From NCBI RefSeq assembly GCF_018977255.1, contig NW_024704743.1, positions 100,256,001-100,320,000 on the forward strand: a stretch of 64,000 nt of DNA, given 5' to 3'. A model generated the notes under the pieces. That model worked only from the letters and a program-made list of their open reading frames with translations. It was not told the origin of the DNA and ran no database searches. A program made the translations under genes and the position numbers. Positions 1 to 12,744 of the stretch are shown here, piece after piece; position 1 is the stretch's first letter; each line of letters opens with the position of its first letter. The DNA is from Callorhinchus milii. Its lineage: Eukaryota.

Positions 1-263
1 AACAGGTAGAATGGAGATGGGTTAAAAAGTCATAATAATTAATAATAATCCTTACATTTGATACAGTGCCTTTCACATCAGGATGACAGATCAAAGCATC
101 TCAAAGTGTAGTGACTTTGTATTTTGCAGGCAGACATGAGCACTTTCTCATTGTGTACTTTCCAGCTGTCAGACTCGCGTGTGGTGCCCACTTCCCCATT
201 CCATTCACTGTTTCTCATTGATAGTTCTTGAATTGCGCACATTGTCCATTTGCTTCTTTACTT

Positions 264-600
264 GGTCAGCCGAATGTCTGACACGTGAGGAAACCCATCT
301 TGCTTAAAAATATCCAAACCAAGCTGAAGAGTTCCATGCGTCCCACCTACATGTGGAAATACTGAAGATATTTATTGAAATGGAACGTGCATTTCTTCCT
401 GGAGGAACACATTCTACTTACGTCATTCTGGAGAGTATTAGATTCAGGTTGGCAAGAGCCACAGCTTGGGGACCTCAGAGTGCCCATTTACTTCTGAAGA
501 ACTGAGCCTGCAGCTAAATAATGGTAGGGGATGCTGAGACCCATGTCTCATTATTTGGCTTCAGGTTTGGGTTTGCATTGGCTGCAGAAGTGAAAAGGCC
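264..600 (+). mobile_element. Unclassified ancient interspersed repeat, copy 1 (5' part)
   Basis: Shares blocks (aaacccatc..tgctt, aaaccaagctga, cccacctacatgtggaaat, aatggaa, gagtatta..caggttggc) with 21548-22157(+) and 36544-36982(-). Confidence 0.7.
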
Positions 601-714
601 CAGGTGCATCACATGCTACAGACTCTCACATAGTCTGATGAAATGGTGGTGTAACTCTGTAAATGTTGGCCATTTTGAAGCAGAGTGTTACCTCCATGTG
701 TCCCAACAAATTTC

Positions 715-1103
715 TGTCAGCTTAGGACAGTGCTAGCACTCTCGCCTCTTGAGTCAGAAGATTGCGATTTGAACTCGTATAGTCCAGGCTGACACTCCAA
801 TACAGTGGTGGAGGATGTTGTTGTTGAAGGTGCTGTCCTTTGGATGAGACATTAAATTTCTGCCTATTCAGATGGATATTAAAGATCCCATAGCATTATT
901 TGAAAAGAGAAGAGATTCTCCCAGTGTCCGGGCAACAATTTCGCAAATAAAATTGGTTAATCACTTCATGGATTTTTTTTTGAACATTGCTGTATGCAAA
1001 TTAGCTGCTCGGTATGTCTACAAAATGGATAGTTAAAGCCATTCCTGTGAAGTAAGTTGAGACACCCTGACGACATGATAAGGCACTATATCAAATGTTG
1101 TTA
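715..1103 (+). mobile_element. Deu-domain SINE (SacSINE1/AmnSINE1-like), decayed
   Basis: tRNA-like head (tagcactctcgcctcttgagtcagaag), then ggctgacactcc, ggatgagacattaaa, aaagatcccatagcattatttgaa, and an L2-like tail; matches the Deu domain as recalled. Confidence 0.75.
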
Positions 1104-2684
1104 TCCACTGGGAAATTCACCACTGGGTGTGGTGACGTAGTGTGGTAGCACATAGAGAACCCTTTGTTTACTCATTTGAGATTGCAGTCAGTGCATGATC
1201 CAGGTATAACTTAGTGAAAAGATGGCTCTTGTAAGATTAATCCTATTGTCTTCTTATATTCATTAATTGATAACACTTACATATTGTCCCGAGTGTGACT
1301 GCTTAACCTTTTGTTTATAGCACAATGGTGCAACAATAGAAAACAACCATTCCACTTGAGACCCTTTTGTATGGTACTTAGCAATGATTTGACTTGGTTT
1401 TCATATTGATTTCAACACTTAAAAAGTGCAACGTAAAAGTCCCGATGTTCCTGCTGACCTGGAATGAGGTGTGAGGACCACTGGAGAAGGTGGATTGGGT
1501 TGTGAATTGCTGCTGTGTTAATTGCAGATACCCTCTACTTCTGCTAATATGATGTCCCAAAAGATTTGAAAGCAGGCACTGGCACCATAACATCAGGACC
1601 CAGATCTGTGCATGCAGAAGTGTGATTCCTACAAATGCACATTGAATAGTGAAAGGAGGCAGTAAATCCAGTTTACCCACTGGCATTACTCCACTACTGG
1701 ATGCAATGTCTCCTTATTAATGTCGTATGAGAGGGAGGTGTTTCGTCTTTACATTTGCTCTAGGCAAACACAGTCAGACTATTGCAGTAAAGCTCCATGT
1801 GGTCTAACTGGCAATGTTTGTAAAGCACTAAATTGTTGAGACGTCCTCCCAACGTGAAAGGTGCTATATAAATGCAATTTGTTGTTTGTTGTTGATGGGA
1901 TGGTTTGATCTTTAGTTTTTTTTCTTCAATAGTTATGATGTGAAATAACAAAGTGACAGAATGATGGGTGCTACTATAATAATAATAACCTTTGCATTTG
2001 ATGTAGTGCCGTGTGGGCGTGGGGGGAGTCTCAATGTGCTTCACACGATTTGTGACAAATAATTCTCCAGATATAAATTGGTCATTCACTTCACGGGTGT
2101 TTGTGGGACATTGCTGTGTTTGCTTGCAAATGTAGTCGCTACATTTCACAGAAACTTCTGTGAAGCACTTAGAGATGTCTCAACAACATAAGGTGCTATA
2201 TCAAATGCAAGGATTATTATCTATATTAATACAAAATAACTTGCATTTATATAGCATCCTTTATGAGGAATATTATCTGCGGGTTAACAGTAAAGTATAG
2301 GGACAAGTGAGCAGGACCTTGGTTTAACATATCATCCAAAGGACATTAACTCCAGCGACACAGCACCGGCCCCACCCTCCACCAGCTCTGCATTGAGATC
2401 GTCAGTCTAGAGGTTAAACACATCCAATATGTTTAATATTTGGCAGTGTTTAATATTTGGCAAATCTAATACTGAAAGATCAGATTCTTTATTAGAATAG
2501 AAGCAGCTTCACACCAGTAAGATGCCATGTTCTGGGATGGGGGAGGGTACTGATTAACCTTGGCAGTATATCTCCAAGTTGGCAACTGAGTTGTGCAAGT
2601 TTCATCATTAAAATATTTGCCAAACAACAATAATATGGAATGGAAGCATTATCTTAGCATTTGCAACTGTACATATCCGTTCCA

Positions 2685-3247
2685 TGACCCGCTCTCCCTT
2701 CCCCACATCCATAATATTGCCTGACTCGCCACTACCTCACCTCTCAGGCTGCCGAAACCCTCATACATTACATCCAGGCTCGACTATGCCAATGCCCTGC
2801 TTGTCAGGCTTCCCAACTCTTACCTCCACAAGCTGCATATCATCCAGAACTCAGCAGCTTGTGTCCTCTCCCGCACCAGGCTCCGTGACCCCATCACACC
2901 CACCCTCGCCCGGCTCCACTGACTTCCCAAGCCTCAGTGGTTTGAGTTGAAAATCTTCATCCTCACCTTCAAAGCCCTCCGTGGCCTTGCTTCCTCCTAC
3001 CTCTCCGACCACCATCGGCGGACGGACTTCAGCCTCTCTGCCCTCACCTTCTGGAACTCCATTCCACGTTCCCCTCGCCTCCTTCAAGGCACGCCTCAAG
3101 ACCCTCCTCTTCTGCCATGCCTTTAGCCACCGTTCCCCGCCCTCCACTTCCCTGATCCTACCCCCCGCTCCTAATCCCTTCCTGTTCAACACCTTGAGAC
3201 GTCGTCCTGATGTGAAAGGTGCTTTACAAATGTAATTTTGTATTGTA
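2685..3247 (+). mobile_element. L2 LINE 3' fragment
   Basis: Decayed SRLDY.N.LL.G..LHKL..IQNSAA..LHWLP-type ORF2 end; tail gagacgtcgtcctgatgtgaaaggtgctttacaaatgtaattttg. Confidence 0.85.
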
Positions 3248-3952
3248 CATTGTTAATATCAATGACCTGTTGAGTGAACACATTACTCGGAGTAGCACTA
3301 GGCTATACAGACCAAAAGATTTGAATCTAGGTCTGTGTGGAGCATCAGTTAGGAAGTTACAATCAGCCTCAGTTTTTAGACAGCCAAAAGGTTTCTGCTT
3401 TTGATTACAGTCCATTGATCTCAGCTATAAAATGCTTGTGTGGATGTTGGTTTAGAACAGGATTGTTGCCCTATCTTAATGAAAAGCTTGTTGGTAATTA
3501 ATAAATACAAATAATCCTTGCAGTTCATAGTGCCTTGTGTTTTTGAAATGTTGCAAAGTGCTCACAGGATTTTTACTGTGAAGTGTAGTGACCGTGTATT
3601 TGTAGATGATGTTATTGTGTATTTGTTGCCTGAGCTTGAAAAGGTTAACTTTTTGCATTGTACTGAACAGATTTGTGAGAGAGAAGGGGCGGACAGTGGC
3701 CAAAAATTCAGTAAGATACGTATTTATGGGGATTCTCTTGATTTTTAGAAAGAAGGATCATGTGTGTATTTATAGCACCGCATCAGTTTGAGCTATCGCA
3801 AAGCATTTCACAATAATTACGGTCAATGCAGTAATTGTTTCTGTAGGTGAACAAGACAGACATTTAGCAAGGTCTCACAAGAAAGCATGAAGTAATTGAC
3901 CAATTTATCTGGAAGACCAATTAAATTTATTAATATAAATGGGAAGGGGAAG

Positions 3953-4705
3953 AACAACAACAAGATTTCATTTATAGTGCGCATTTTATGTCGGGGGTAC
4001 GTCCCAAGGCACTGGACAGTTGGATCGGTACCCGAGCAGGGGGGAAATGGTCAGGGTGAGGGAAGGGAAGGAGCGAGGAGGGGGTAGAGAGTCGAGAGGG
4101 GAGCTGTAGGCATGGTTGAAGAGAAAGGTCTTCAGACCGGCCTTGAAGGAAGAAAGGGAGGAGGCGGCGAAGGCACTGGGGGATGGAGTTCCAGAGCCTG
4201 GGGGCTGAGAGGCTGAAGGCCCGGCCACCGATGGTAGGGCAGTTGGGGCGGGGGATGAAGAGCAGACCGGAGCCAGAGGGACGGAGGGTACGGGCAGGTA
4301 AGTAGGGGCATAGTAGGTCAGAGAGGTAGGAGGGAGCAAGGCCATGAATGGCCTTGTAGGTGAGGATGAGGATCTTGAATTCGATCCTCTGGGGGATGGG
4401 GAGCCAGTGGAGGCGAGCGAGGGTGGGAGTGATGTGGTCCCGAAGCCTGGTGCGGGACAGTACACGAGCTGCAGAGTTCTGAATGACCTGCAGCTTGTGG
4501 AGGGAGGTGCCGGGAAGGCCGGCGAGGAGAGAGTTCCCATAGTCCAGCCTTGAGGTGATAAAGGCGTGGACCAGAGTTTCAGCAGCGTGAGGGGTGAGGT
4601 AGTGCCACTGTCTGGCGATGTTCCGGGGGTGGTGGAAGGTGGTGCCAGTTGTGGCGTGGATGTGGGGAAGAAAGGACAGCTCAGGGTCCAAGAACCAAGC
4701 TCCAC
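3953..4705 (-). mobile_element. L2 LINE 3' fragment (ORF2 C-terminus)
   Basis: ORF 3972-4712(-) encodes AETLVHAFITSRLDYGNSLLAGLP..QNSAARVL..HITPTLARLHWLP..FKILILTYKA, typical of the L2 ORF2 end; (ttg)n tail. Confidence 0.92.
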
Positions 4706-4716
4706 ACTCCACATGT

Positions 4717-5038
4717 GGAGTTCTGTAGCTCAGTGGTTAGAGCACTCGCTTTGCAAGCGAGAGACCTGAGTTCAATTCCAGGCAGGTCAGGGCGAAACCT
4801 TGGGCAAGTTTCCTTACTCCACACGCCTAATAATAATAATCCCTCCAAAATAAAAAAACAATAATAAATTGGTCATCTTCAATCTACGACTGTTTGTGGA
4901 ACATTGCTGTGCGCAATTGGCTGCCGCGTTCGCCCACAAATATAGTCAATTCACTTTACAGTCTATTCTCTGAAGCGCTTTGGGACGTCTAGAAGACGTG
5001 AAAAGTGCTGTATCAAATGCAAGGATTATTATTATTAT
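4717..5038 (+). mobile_element. Young tRNA(Ala)-derived SINE, full length
   Basis: A box tagctcagtgg, anticodon-like tttgcaa, B box gagttcaattcc, L2-like 3' end, (att)n tail; near-identical to the copies at 46942, 50970, 60567 and 25246(-). Confidence 0.92.
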
Positions 5039-5236
5039 CCAAATCTTCACTGTTACAAAATAATGTACAAATCTCTATAGGATGCTGCCTGCACTATGGA
5101 TGTTGGAGTAATATGTCAAGCACTGGTAAAATGAAAGTTTGTTGACAAAGTTCAGTAGAATTGAACACGTCTTCTAATAAGCACCTGCCACAGTTGGTTA
5201 AATCTGTGGCTATACCTACAGGCATTTCTAGTTAGA

Positions 5237-5420
5237 TGTGTGTGTGTGTGTAATTGGTTGAGGTCAGGATTGGGCTTGGCTCTTTAAATCCCAACCCGCA
5301 GTTTGAAGTCTCCCGAGGCTCGCACATGACCAATGACTATGGGAGGAGTGGCTGGTACCCATGGAACAGTGCCCCAGCACAGAGTGATGGCTTCCAGGAA
5401 AAGAGGGCATGAGAGAAACA
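5237..5420 (+). mobile_element. Old SINE fragment (AmnSINE2-like, name recalled)
   Basis: tgaggtcaggattgggcttggct..ggctcgcacatga..cccatggaacagtgccccagca; related to 22380-22670 and 32690-32990(-). Confidence 0.5.
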
Positions 5421-5759
5421 AATATAGTTTAAAAAAAAGACTAATTGACTTGATTAAACATTATAATTACTGTCAGGATGCCCACAAAGTCATGTTACCA
5501 GAATGGTTTCTTTTCTACAGTGCGCTAACAACTGAAACTTGTGGAAGAATGAATGCTGCTAATTGTATCTATATGTAATTAATTGTATTCAGTGTTTAAA
5601 TGTATTTAGACATTCGGAGGATTGGTGTGACCACCATTATTTTCATGGCAGATAATGATCCGTTGCCATGTTCATTGCAACATCTTTTGTAACGGATGGA
5701 GGGATATTTTGTAACGTGGTAAGAGGACTTTGTGGACATCCTGTACATGACATAGATTT

Positions 5760-6275
5760 ACAATAATCCTTGCATTTGATATAATACCTTTCACATCAGA
5801 AGGACATCTCAAAGCGCCTCACAGGATTTACTGTACTACTGTGTAGTACGTTTTAGGTCGGCGTTGCCAATTAATGACTCGCGGGCTGGAAGTGGCGTAA
5901 ATCAAGAAAATTGATCAGTCGAGCAAGAAAATTGGCTACCATGGTGGTAGGTGACTGTGGCAGGCCAAGTTGATTACAGCAGTCTCCCAAAACATCCATG
6001 AAGTTAGCAACTCATTTTATCTGTGTGATTGTTGGCTAGGAAACCATGAGAAACTTCCTTTTTGAATAGTGCCATGGGATCTTTAATATTCCTCTGAACA
6101 GGCAAATGAGTCTTCCTTTTAAACGTCTCATCTGAAGTGGGGCATCTCCAACAAAACCACACACCCACAGCACTGCACTGGAGAGTCAGCCTGGAGTTGA
6201 AACTCCCAACACCAGGCTTGAACCCACAACCTTCTGAATGCGAGGCAAGAGTGCCTCCACACTGGAGGAGCCAGA
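5760..6275 (-). mobile_element. Deu-domain SINE, decayed
   Basis: Reverse-strand aatagtgccatgggatctttaa, aaacgtctcatctgaa, ggcttgaacccacaaccttctga; tail ccttgcatttgatat. Confidence 0.75.
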
Positions 6276-9200
6276 TTGATACAAGCGTATTTGTAAAAGG
6301 TTTTTAACTTTTTATCTGAACACCTCAACATAAAGGGAAGTCCTCGATGTAACAAAACAAGCTTAATTTATTTTCTGTAGAAGCTTGCTAGCAATTTTAC
6401 AAAGCAATAAGCCGCATGTGCATTGTTGTCCAGGAAACTGGAGAGTATGTGAACATACCACTGAACATGTCCACATTGAGAAAGATCGGGGTAGGGCAGG
6501 GAATTGAAGCCAGTAGGAGGAAGGTACAGTGGTTCTTGTACTGACTTGAATGGAAAGATCCCTTCTCTGTTATTACTGCAGCTTATTTCTTAAATTGGCA
6601 CCTCTAGTCTAAAATCTTTTTCCCCTGACTAAAGAGTTTTTAGTACAACTGTTTGCTGTTACTGTCTCTTCAGAATTGTATTTCCTTTAACCATGCGTCA
6701 TGCAGTCTGAGAGCTTGTCTGCCCTGGATTCTAATGCAGTCATTCCAACACATGTCAGCGATGGTGACTTTGTGGAAATGCTGCCAAGTTGCTGTGTTTA
6801 ATTTAAATTTAAACATTGCTTTGTTGAAATGGGATCCAAAGGTGTTTTTGTGTATTTTCCTATTATTTGTGACACAGATGTATGTACCCTCCCACTCAGC
6901 TCCCCTAGTGGGAGAGTACATATATTTGTGTCAACAAATAACCCAACATCAGCAGATCGATTTCAAAATCCTCATCCACTCATGCAAACCCCTCCACGGC
7001 CTCACCCCACCCTATCTCTGTGACCTCCTACAGCATTACTGGCCTACTCCATGTCCGCCGCACCACCAGTGGGTGAGCCAGAAGTCATTCTACCCTGCTC
7101 TATGGAGCTCTATCCCGGAGCCCCTCCAACTTGCTCGTTGAAAACCCACCTCAAGACTTTCGTCTTGTTGTGTTTTTGGTGGGTGTCAGTAGGTTTTAAT
7201 ATTTGACAAGATATTGTACAGCTGGTGATAAGGAAAGAAACATAAGTAGTAACTCGAACATAAAATCCAGGCATCTGATCCAGCCTCTGTGGAGTCTGTT
7301 CTTCAGTGTGAATGCCACAAAGGAAAGGCATGAGGAAAGGCCATTCAACCCATAATCCCCAATGCCCACACAGAGCATGTGAAAGCTGTTCCATTTCCTG
7401 GGGGCAATGCATTACATAGTCTGCAAGAACCCACAAAGGCAATGAAACAAAATTGCTTTGATGGGCTTCTGTTCGACATATTCACTCGGGACAGTTTCCA
7501 CAGCACCCAGATCCTCAGGCAATACTAAAGAACTGCAGCAGAAGGCCGAAGTGCTATGTACTGTAAATATTATTTTCTTCCCTCAATTCAACCAACTTCT
7601 TGAATCGATGTACTGTACAGATTACTGTGTTTTAGGTGTCAGCATGACTCAGTTGGTAGCATCCTTGCCTCAGTCAGAAGTTTGTGGTTTAAATGCTACA
7701 AGATGTTCTCCAGATTTTTTTATTTTACAAACCTCTATGAAATGGTCTTTTCTTCCATAAAGATACACTGCGGGAATGCTTGGGTGTGTATAGTTAGCAT
7801 CTGGTTAATATTGGGACAATTTGTAGTAGTAATAATAATCCTTGCATTTGATATAGCACTTTCTGTGCTTGGTCTAAACTAATAATCTATTCCTAAGTGC
7901 CTGATCAGTTAAACATCAAGTGAAGTGTGGAATTCTCGCATCTGAAAACTTAATTTCTAAATAGTTTTGTTCTGTATCAGAATTGATAACTAGTTGCTTA
8001 CTGCTCCTGATGTGCATCAGTTATAAACACACTTTGTTTGGGTACACACAGTTTATGGTGGGTGGTGACTGGCTTCCTTTGTGAGGGTTGTGACTTGTTT
8101 CCCTCGTGGACGGGGGTAATGGGTTGCTGTTTGTATCGTAGTAATAATGATGATAATGATGAGCTGCATAGGATTTTTAACATCCACTTGAGGACAGGCA
8201 GTTTAATGGCTCACAATGTTTAATAATAACCCACAATGGAACTTTTCTATTCCAGGTATGGGATCATTTCCATATATAGGTGGTATAGATATATGGAACT
8301 CTGTCTAGTTTGGTTACTCTTAAGCATGTATCAGACACCTGTCTTAAAGAAAAATCTGAACAATAACACTTTTGGCAATGCAGCCCTTGTATTACATTGG
8401 AATGTAAGCTTAAATGTGCCGTGATGTGGAATTTGAACCCACACCTTTTTTTAAAAAAAAGTTGACACCTGATTCAGCCTCACAGGTATCTCTGACATAT
8501 GTGGTGCAATAGGAAGGAGATGGTGGATGAAGCAATTGGATAAAAGTACTAGAGAGGTTAAAAAGATTCTGGGTTATTAGATGTTGCAATTCATGTGTTG
8601 AGGGAATCTTTTAGGATGTTGCCTGAGTAGATGAGATGGATCAATGGTCCACTTGTGTATGAAACATATATATCTTATATGTATGTCCTGAAGCTCATGG
8701 TGTGGATTTCACCCTGTGTTACGGTGTAGAGCAAAACTCCGCAATATAATATGTACTTATTTCAAAGTAATGCATTTTCCTGCATATCTTCCCCACTGCC
8801 TGTACAGGTCTAACCAGACAGTGCTGGGACTTTACAGAGCAGAGTGCTCAGCCTGCCTGTAACTGGGAGAAAGTGGTGTCTAAAAGCAGGACCTCTTTAT
8901 CCTATGCTGTGATGGGACTCATCTTGGGCCACGGCAGTCATAACGCTGAATCATTTATATATTGCAGTGCATGATGTCCATGCCTGTTAATCTGCGTGTT
9001 TGGTATGTTTCGCCACAAAATATACAGTCAATTCACTTTACAGTATATTCTGTGAAGCGTTTTGAGACTTCTCGAAGACGTGATAAGACACTATATCAAA
9101 CGCAAGAATTATTATTATTATTATTTTGTGTCTGAATTGGAGACAGAGTAAAAGTATTCCCTGAGATGGGTTTTGGTAGCAGTGTCGTTGATTCCGTTGG

Positions 9201-11408
9201 CCTCTGCTGCATGCTGGAGCTCAGATTGCAGTTTGTTTGGGAAATTCCATTCCAACTTCAAACATGTCTAACAAGAGTAATTGTGTTAGATACTTTTGTG
9301 TGCCTCATCCTTGAGTTGAGCCAGCTCCACCAGTTAATTCTATTGTAACTGTTTTTCAAACCAAATTGGATGAGTGAGTGTGGTGGGGGAGGCAGGGCGG
9401 TGTATTGTTTCCAAATCCCAGGTGCATTCAGATGTATTTTGGTACTGAGATGAAGCAGCAACAAATGCTCACAGTGGGAAGGAGTGACCTTTTTTTACAT
9501 AAAAAAATTAACGATGCTGAATATGCAGATCATTTCCTTTGTGTTTGGATACTTGTACGTGACTATTTACAATACATTGCCCTGTTTGCGGGTGCTTTTA
9601 TTCTGTGATGGTTTGCAATGCTGAAGTGAAGGTGCTGACATAGTCTTTTGCTGCCTCCCAAATGGGTGGGTGCTTGCATTACAATGCAGAATGGGGGGTA
9701 TTTTAGAAGTTCTGCTTTTCCAATCACTGGCTCAGTGATTCAACAAACTTGCTCCATGTATAATATTAGCTCACTTCAGTGAGAGAGTAGTAAACTTATG
9801 ACCAGGCTCCCTGAGAGACAGTGGAAACAGAAAATATTGTTTATTTCAAGAACAAATTAGATAGATTTCTGCTGGAAAATAATATCACAGAATACTGTAT
9901 ATAGTTTGGGACAGGGCATGTCAAGCGACTGCCAGGATGGTGAAAGGCAAACGAGATGGACCTTGGTCTTGTTTTGCCTAGTAAATTCTTATGTTATGTT
10001 CTTAAGTCTTGGATATAAGCCATAATGTTTTTACCCGCTTTGTCACACTTGCCTTATTTTGATAGTAATAATTGGAAAAGTAACCTTTTTAAAGTGTTTG
10101 TGCTGGTGAGGCCCGTCATTACCACACTTGTGCACTGATGATGCCATGCGTTGCTCACAGCTGTGGAATGTGGTTGTACGACCCTTTGCTTCAGAGCGAA
10201 CGCTTTTTCATTCTGTAGACTGTGGTGGCTCACTGCAGGGGGAGCGGGAGATCTGACTATATAAAAAAGGGTCTCGGTTAATTTGCTTGCTTTTCATATG
10301 GCTTGTTGTAGAACTGGGCTTACCTCTGCGAGCAGTCTCGCAATGTAAAGTTAGCACTTGCACCAGTGTTCTGCTGAGTTTGAAGCTGTTATACTTATTC
10401 ATCATTTGAAGATTGTTTTTTCTTTCTTCCGTCTCCCTCTCCCCTCCTCCACACACATGTGTGCCACTGACGTTTGTGGTAGGTTTGTGTTTATATTAAG
10501 GCACAAAGGCTTCTTTATGTTTAATCCCTTTGCTGAGGTTTAGCGTTGGGAGAAGTCACTCCTCACAACTGGAGTTCTCTCTTATTTCATAGACTTACAT
10601 TTTTTTACTCAGAAGTGTTATATATTTTAATGACTATCCCCAACACAATGTTTTTAAAAATTTAGTTTGTTTAGAAACTTTACTGAAAATGCACAAGTGT
10701 GTTGAATCACTGAGTCATAGAGATAAGGAAGTTCCAAATTTCATTTCTCTTCACAAAGGGTGGCTCAGGGCTGGTTTAATTGGCCACTGCTGCTCTGGCT
10801 GAGATTAGTTTATACCAAACAACACTGATCAGGAATTGAACCAGACATTTCCTGGTCTTTGTTTCAGTTTACTCAATCCACCAGTTTTACTCAATCCGCC
10901 AAGGACTCTGACCATAAAGCTGTATCAGTTTGCAGAGTACTTATTAAACATGGTATATATGTGTTCATTGTAGCTTATTATAGGGTGTGTACTTTATTTG
11001 TATTTTCAGCCTTTGAAGTGTTATACAATACGTCAATACGTTGTTACTTCTTAAACCTACATTGGTGTATAGTGAAAATCTGTTTTTGTGCCTTTCTTTA
11101 CCACTATAGTAGGCAGTCCTGAGTTCTGAACCGCTGTTAACTGATATGAGCAATCTTTATTGCGCTTACACTTTTCTGTTCAGGACAATGTCTTCATGTG
11201 TTAGGTCAGTATTAAATATTTGGTGCTGCAGAGAACTGGTGCTGTAGAGTGAATCTCCACCTGGAAGAACTGTCTAGGGCAGTAATAGTTCACCGTAGTA
11301 GTTTCACGTAACAGTCTGTGATGGTTCTGGGCACGAGTGGCAAGTTAATCTGTGCTATCAAAAAGCAAGATTTACTGACTTCCCCCATTCATAAACTCTT
11401 TTTCCCAA

Positions 11409-11546
11409 ATCTTTATAAGGAAAGAGAATGTCTTACATATTGATTGATAGTATGCAGTAGAGAGTGGGAGTACTTGATCTTTATAAGGAAAGAGAATGTC
11501 TTACATATTGATTGATAGTATGCAGTAGAGAGTGGGAGTACTTGAT
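11409..11546. repeat. Perfect 68-bp tandem duplication
   Basis: atctttataaggaaagagaatg...gggagtacttg at 11409-11476 and 11477-11544 with no mismatch, followed by at. Confidence 0.97.
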
Positions 11547-11811
11547 GTGCAGTACCTGGCGGCGAAGGGTACTTAGGGTGATGTTCAAGGACCATGTTTT
11601 ATAAGCTTGCAGCATAAATGCTTAAATCAAGCTGGTTTATTTGCTCTAATGTCCTGTGTGGTATGGACTGGTAATGTATACAAATACACAGTGTTTTGCA
11701 GGAATTGTAGTTAACTGTGAGTTTAGTGTCTGTGTATTTATAAGGAAGTGGCTGCTGGAATGACTAACCTAGTTGCTTTGTATTACTGGACTCTGTCTCA
11801 CTTTTTTTTAG

Positions 11812-12045
11812 AGGGGGGCGAGGAATCCATCCAGCTTTGGTATATGTTTTCTTAGTATTTCAGCGTGTCCAGAATTTGGCATGACACTGGATTCCCTCTC
11901 AACTTTGAAGCTGGCATTCTGTAGCTCTTGAAGCATACCATCTTCAAAATTACGACTGTAGTTAGGAATTTGCCAAATTCTTGACACTTGGAAATATTAC
12001 GTGAATAGAGTAAATGTGGACCCAGGTGCAATTTCTATCTCTTAA
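11812..12045. mobile_element. Palindromic MITE-like element, copy 1
   Basis: Arms tatttcagcgtgtccagaatttggca..aactttgaagctgg and ccatcttcaaaatt..tgccaaattcttgacacttggaaata are imperfect reverse complements; same family as 17703-17935. Confidence 0.7.
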
Positions 12046-12186
12046 TGTGATGGTGTGTTGATCCACTATTGTTGTAAGGTCAATGTTCACAACATTTTGA
12101 ATAATTTACTCCAGCGGATGCATCCACTTTGAAACTGAAAGGGGATTTATTCCACTGATTTTCCGTGTTTTTTTTCTGTATTCTAG

Positions 12187-12744
12187 GTCTGTAATTGGTT
12201 CATCAATGCACGGCGAAGACTGCTACCAGATATGCTGAGAAAAGATGGCAAGGACCCCAACAATTTCACCATCTCTCGACGAGGGAGCAAGAATACGGAG
12301 CAAACCTCTATTGCTGCCAAAGCCTACATCTCTGACCTAGATGAAAGATCAATTGGATCCACTAGCTCTTGTCCAGACACTGCAGAGGGCTCTCCATGTA
12401 GCACTTCATCTGCAGGTGGAATTCTCCCAAGGCCTTCGGTCATATGCCACACTACTGTCTCCGCACTAGGTGATGTGCCTTTACACTACTGCCCTCCCGC
12501 TGACGGCGTAGAGGGCATCACTACTCTACATCCTTTGTCCACGTCAAGATTGCTGGATGGCAGTGCTAGGTGCCACAGAGGTGTCCAGGTGGGGTCCAAT
12601 GCAAGCCATCAAAGTGGACTGTTCAACACTCCTCCACCCACTCCTCCAGACCTCAACCAGGATTTCAGTGGCTTTCAGCTGCTGGTTGATGTCGCGCTTA
12701 AGCGTGCTGCGGAGATGGAATCCCAGACCAAGGCTGCAGCCTAG
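12187..12744 (+). CDS. TGIF1: TGIF1-like TALE homeobox repressor, last coding exon (homeodomain helix 3 to stop)
   Basis: Acceptor ..ttttttttctgtattctag|GTC, phase 0; translates [81 protein letters not shown]. Family certain; TGIF1 vs TGIF2 orthology less so. Confidence 0.95.
   Translation, partial: VCNWFINARRRLLPDMLRKDGKDPNNFTISRRGSKNTEQTSIAAKAYISDLDERSIGSTSSCPDTAEGSPCSTSSAGGILPRPSVICHTTVSALGDVPLHYCPPADGVEGITTLHPLSTSRLLDGSARCHRGVQVGSNASHQSGLFNTPPPTPPDLNQDFSGFQLLVDVALKRAAEMESQTKAAA

Noticed and set aside
2430..2462. Short tandem duplication tgtttaatatttggca x2, and the cagctgagcagata repeats near 41420-41490
   Set aside because: Ordinary slippage-scale duplications with no further structure.
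3972..4714. Longest ORFs in the track (246 and 242 aa) as host genes
   Set aside because: L2 ORF2 remnant and its alternative frame; the same applies to ORFs at 2684-3235, 19823, 40525-41339, 43229-43680, 47345 and 56783.
4717..4790. tRNA-Ala(UGC)-like sequences here and at 25480, 46112, 46942, 50970 and 60567
   Set aside because: They are SINE heads: each continues into the same ~250-nt body, and no proper acceptor stem closes.
1..12186. Upstream TGIF exon encoding PLDLS and homeodomain helices 1-2
   Set aside because: No KRRRRGNLPKE/WLYEH-type coding sequence found by eye; presumably upstream of the window.
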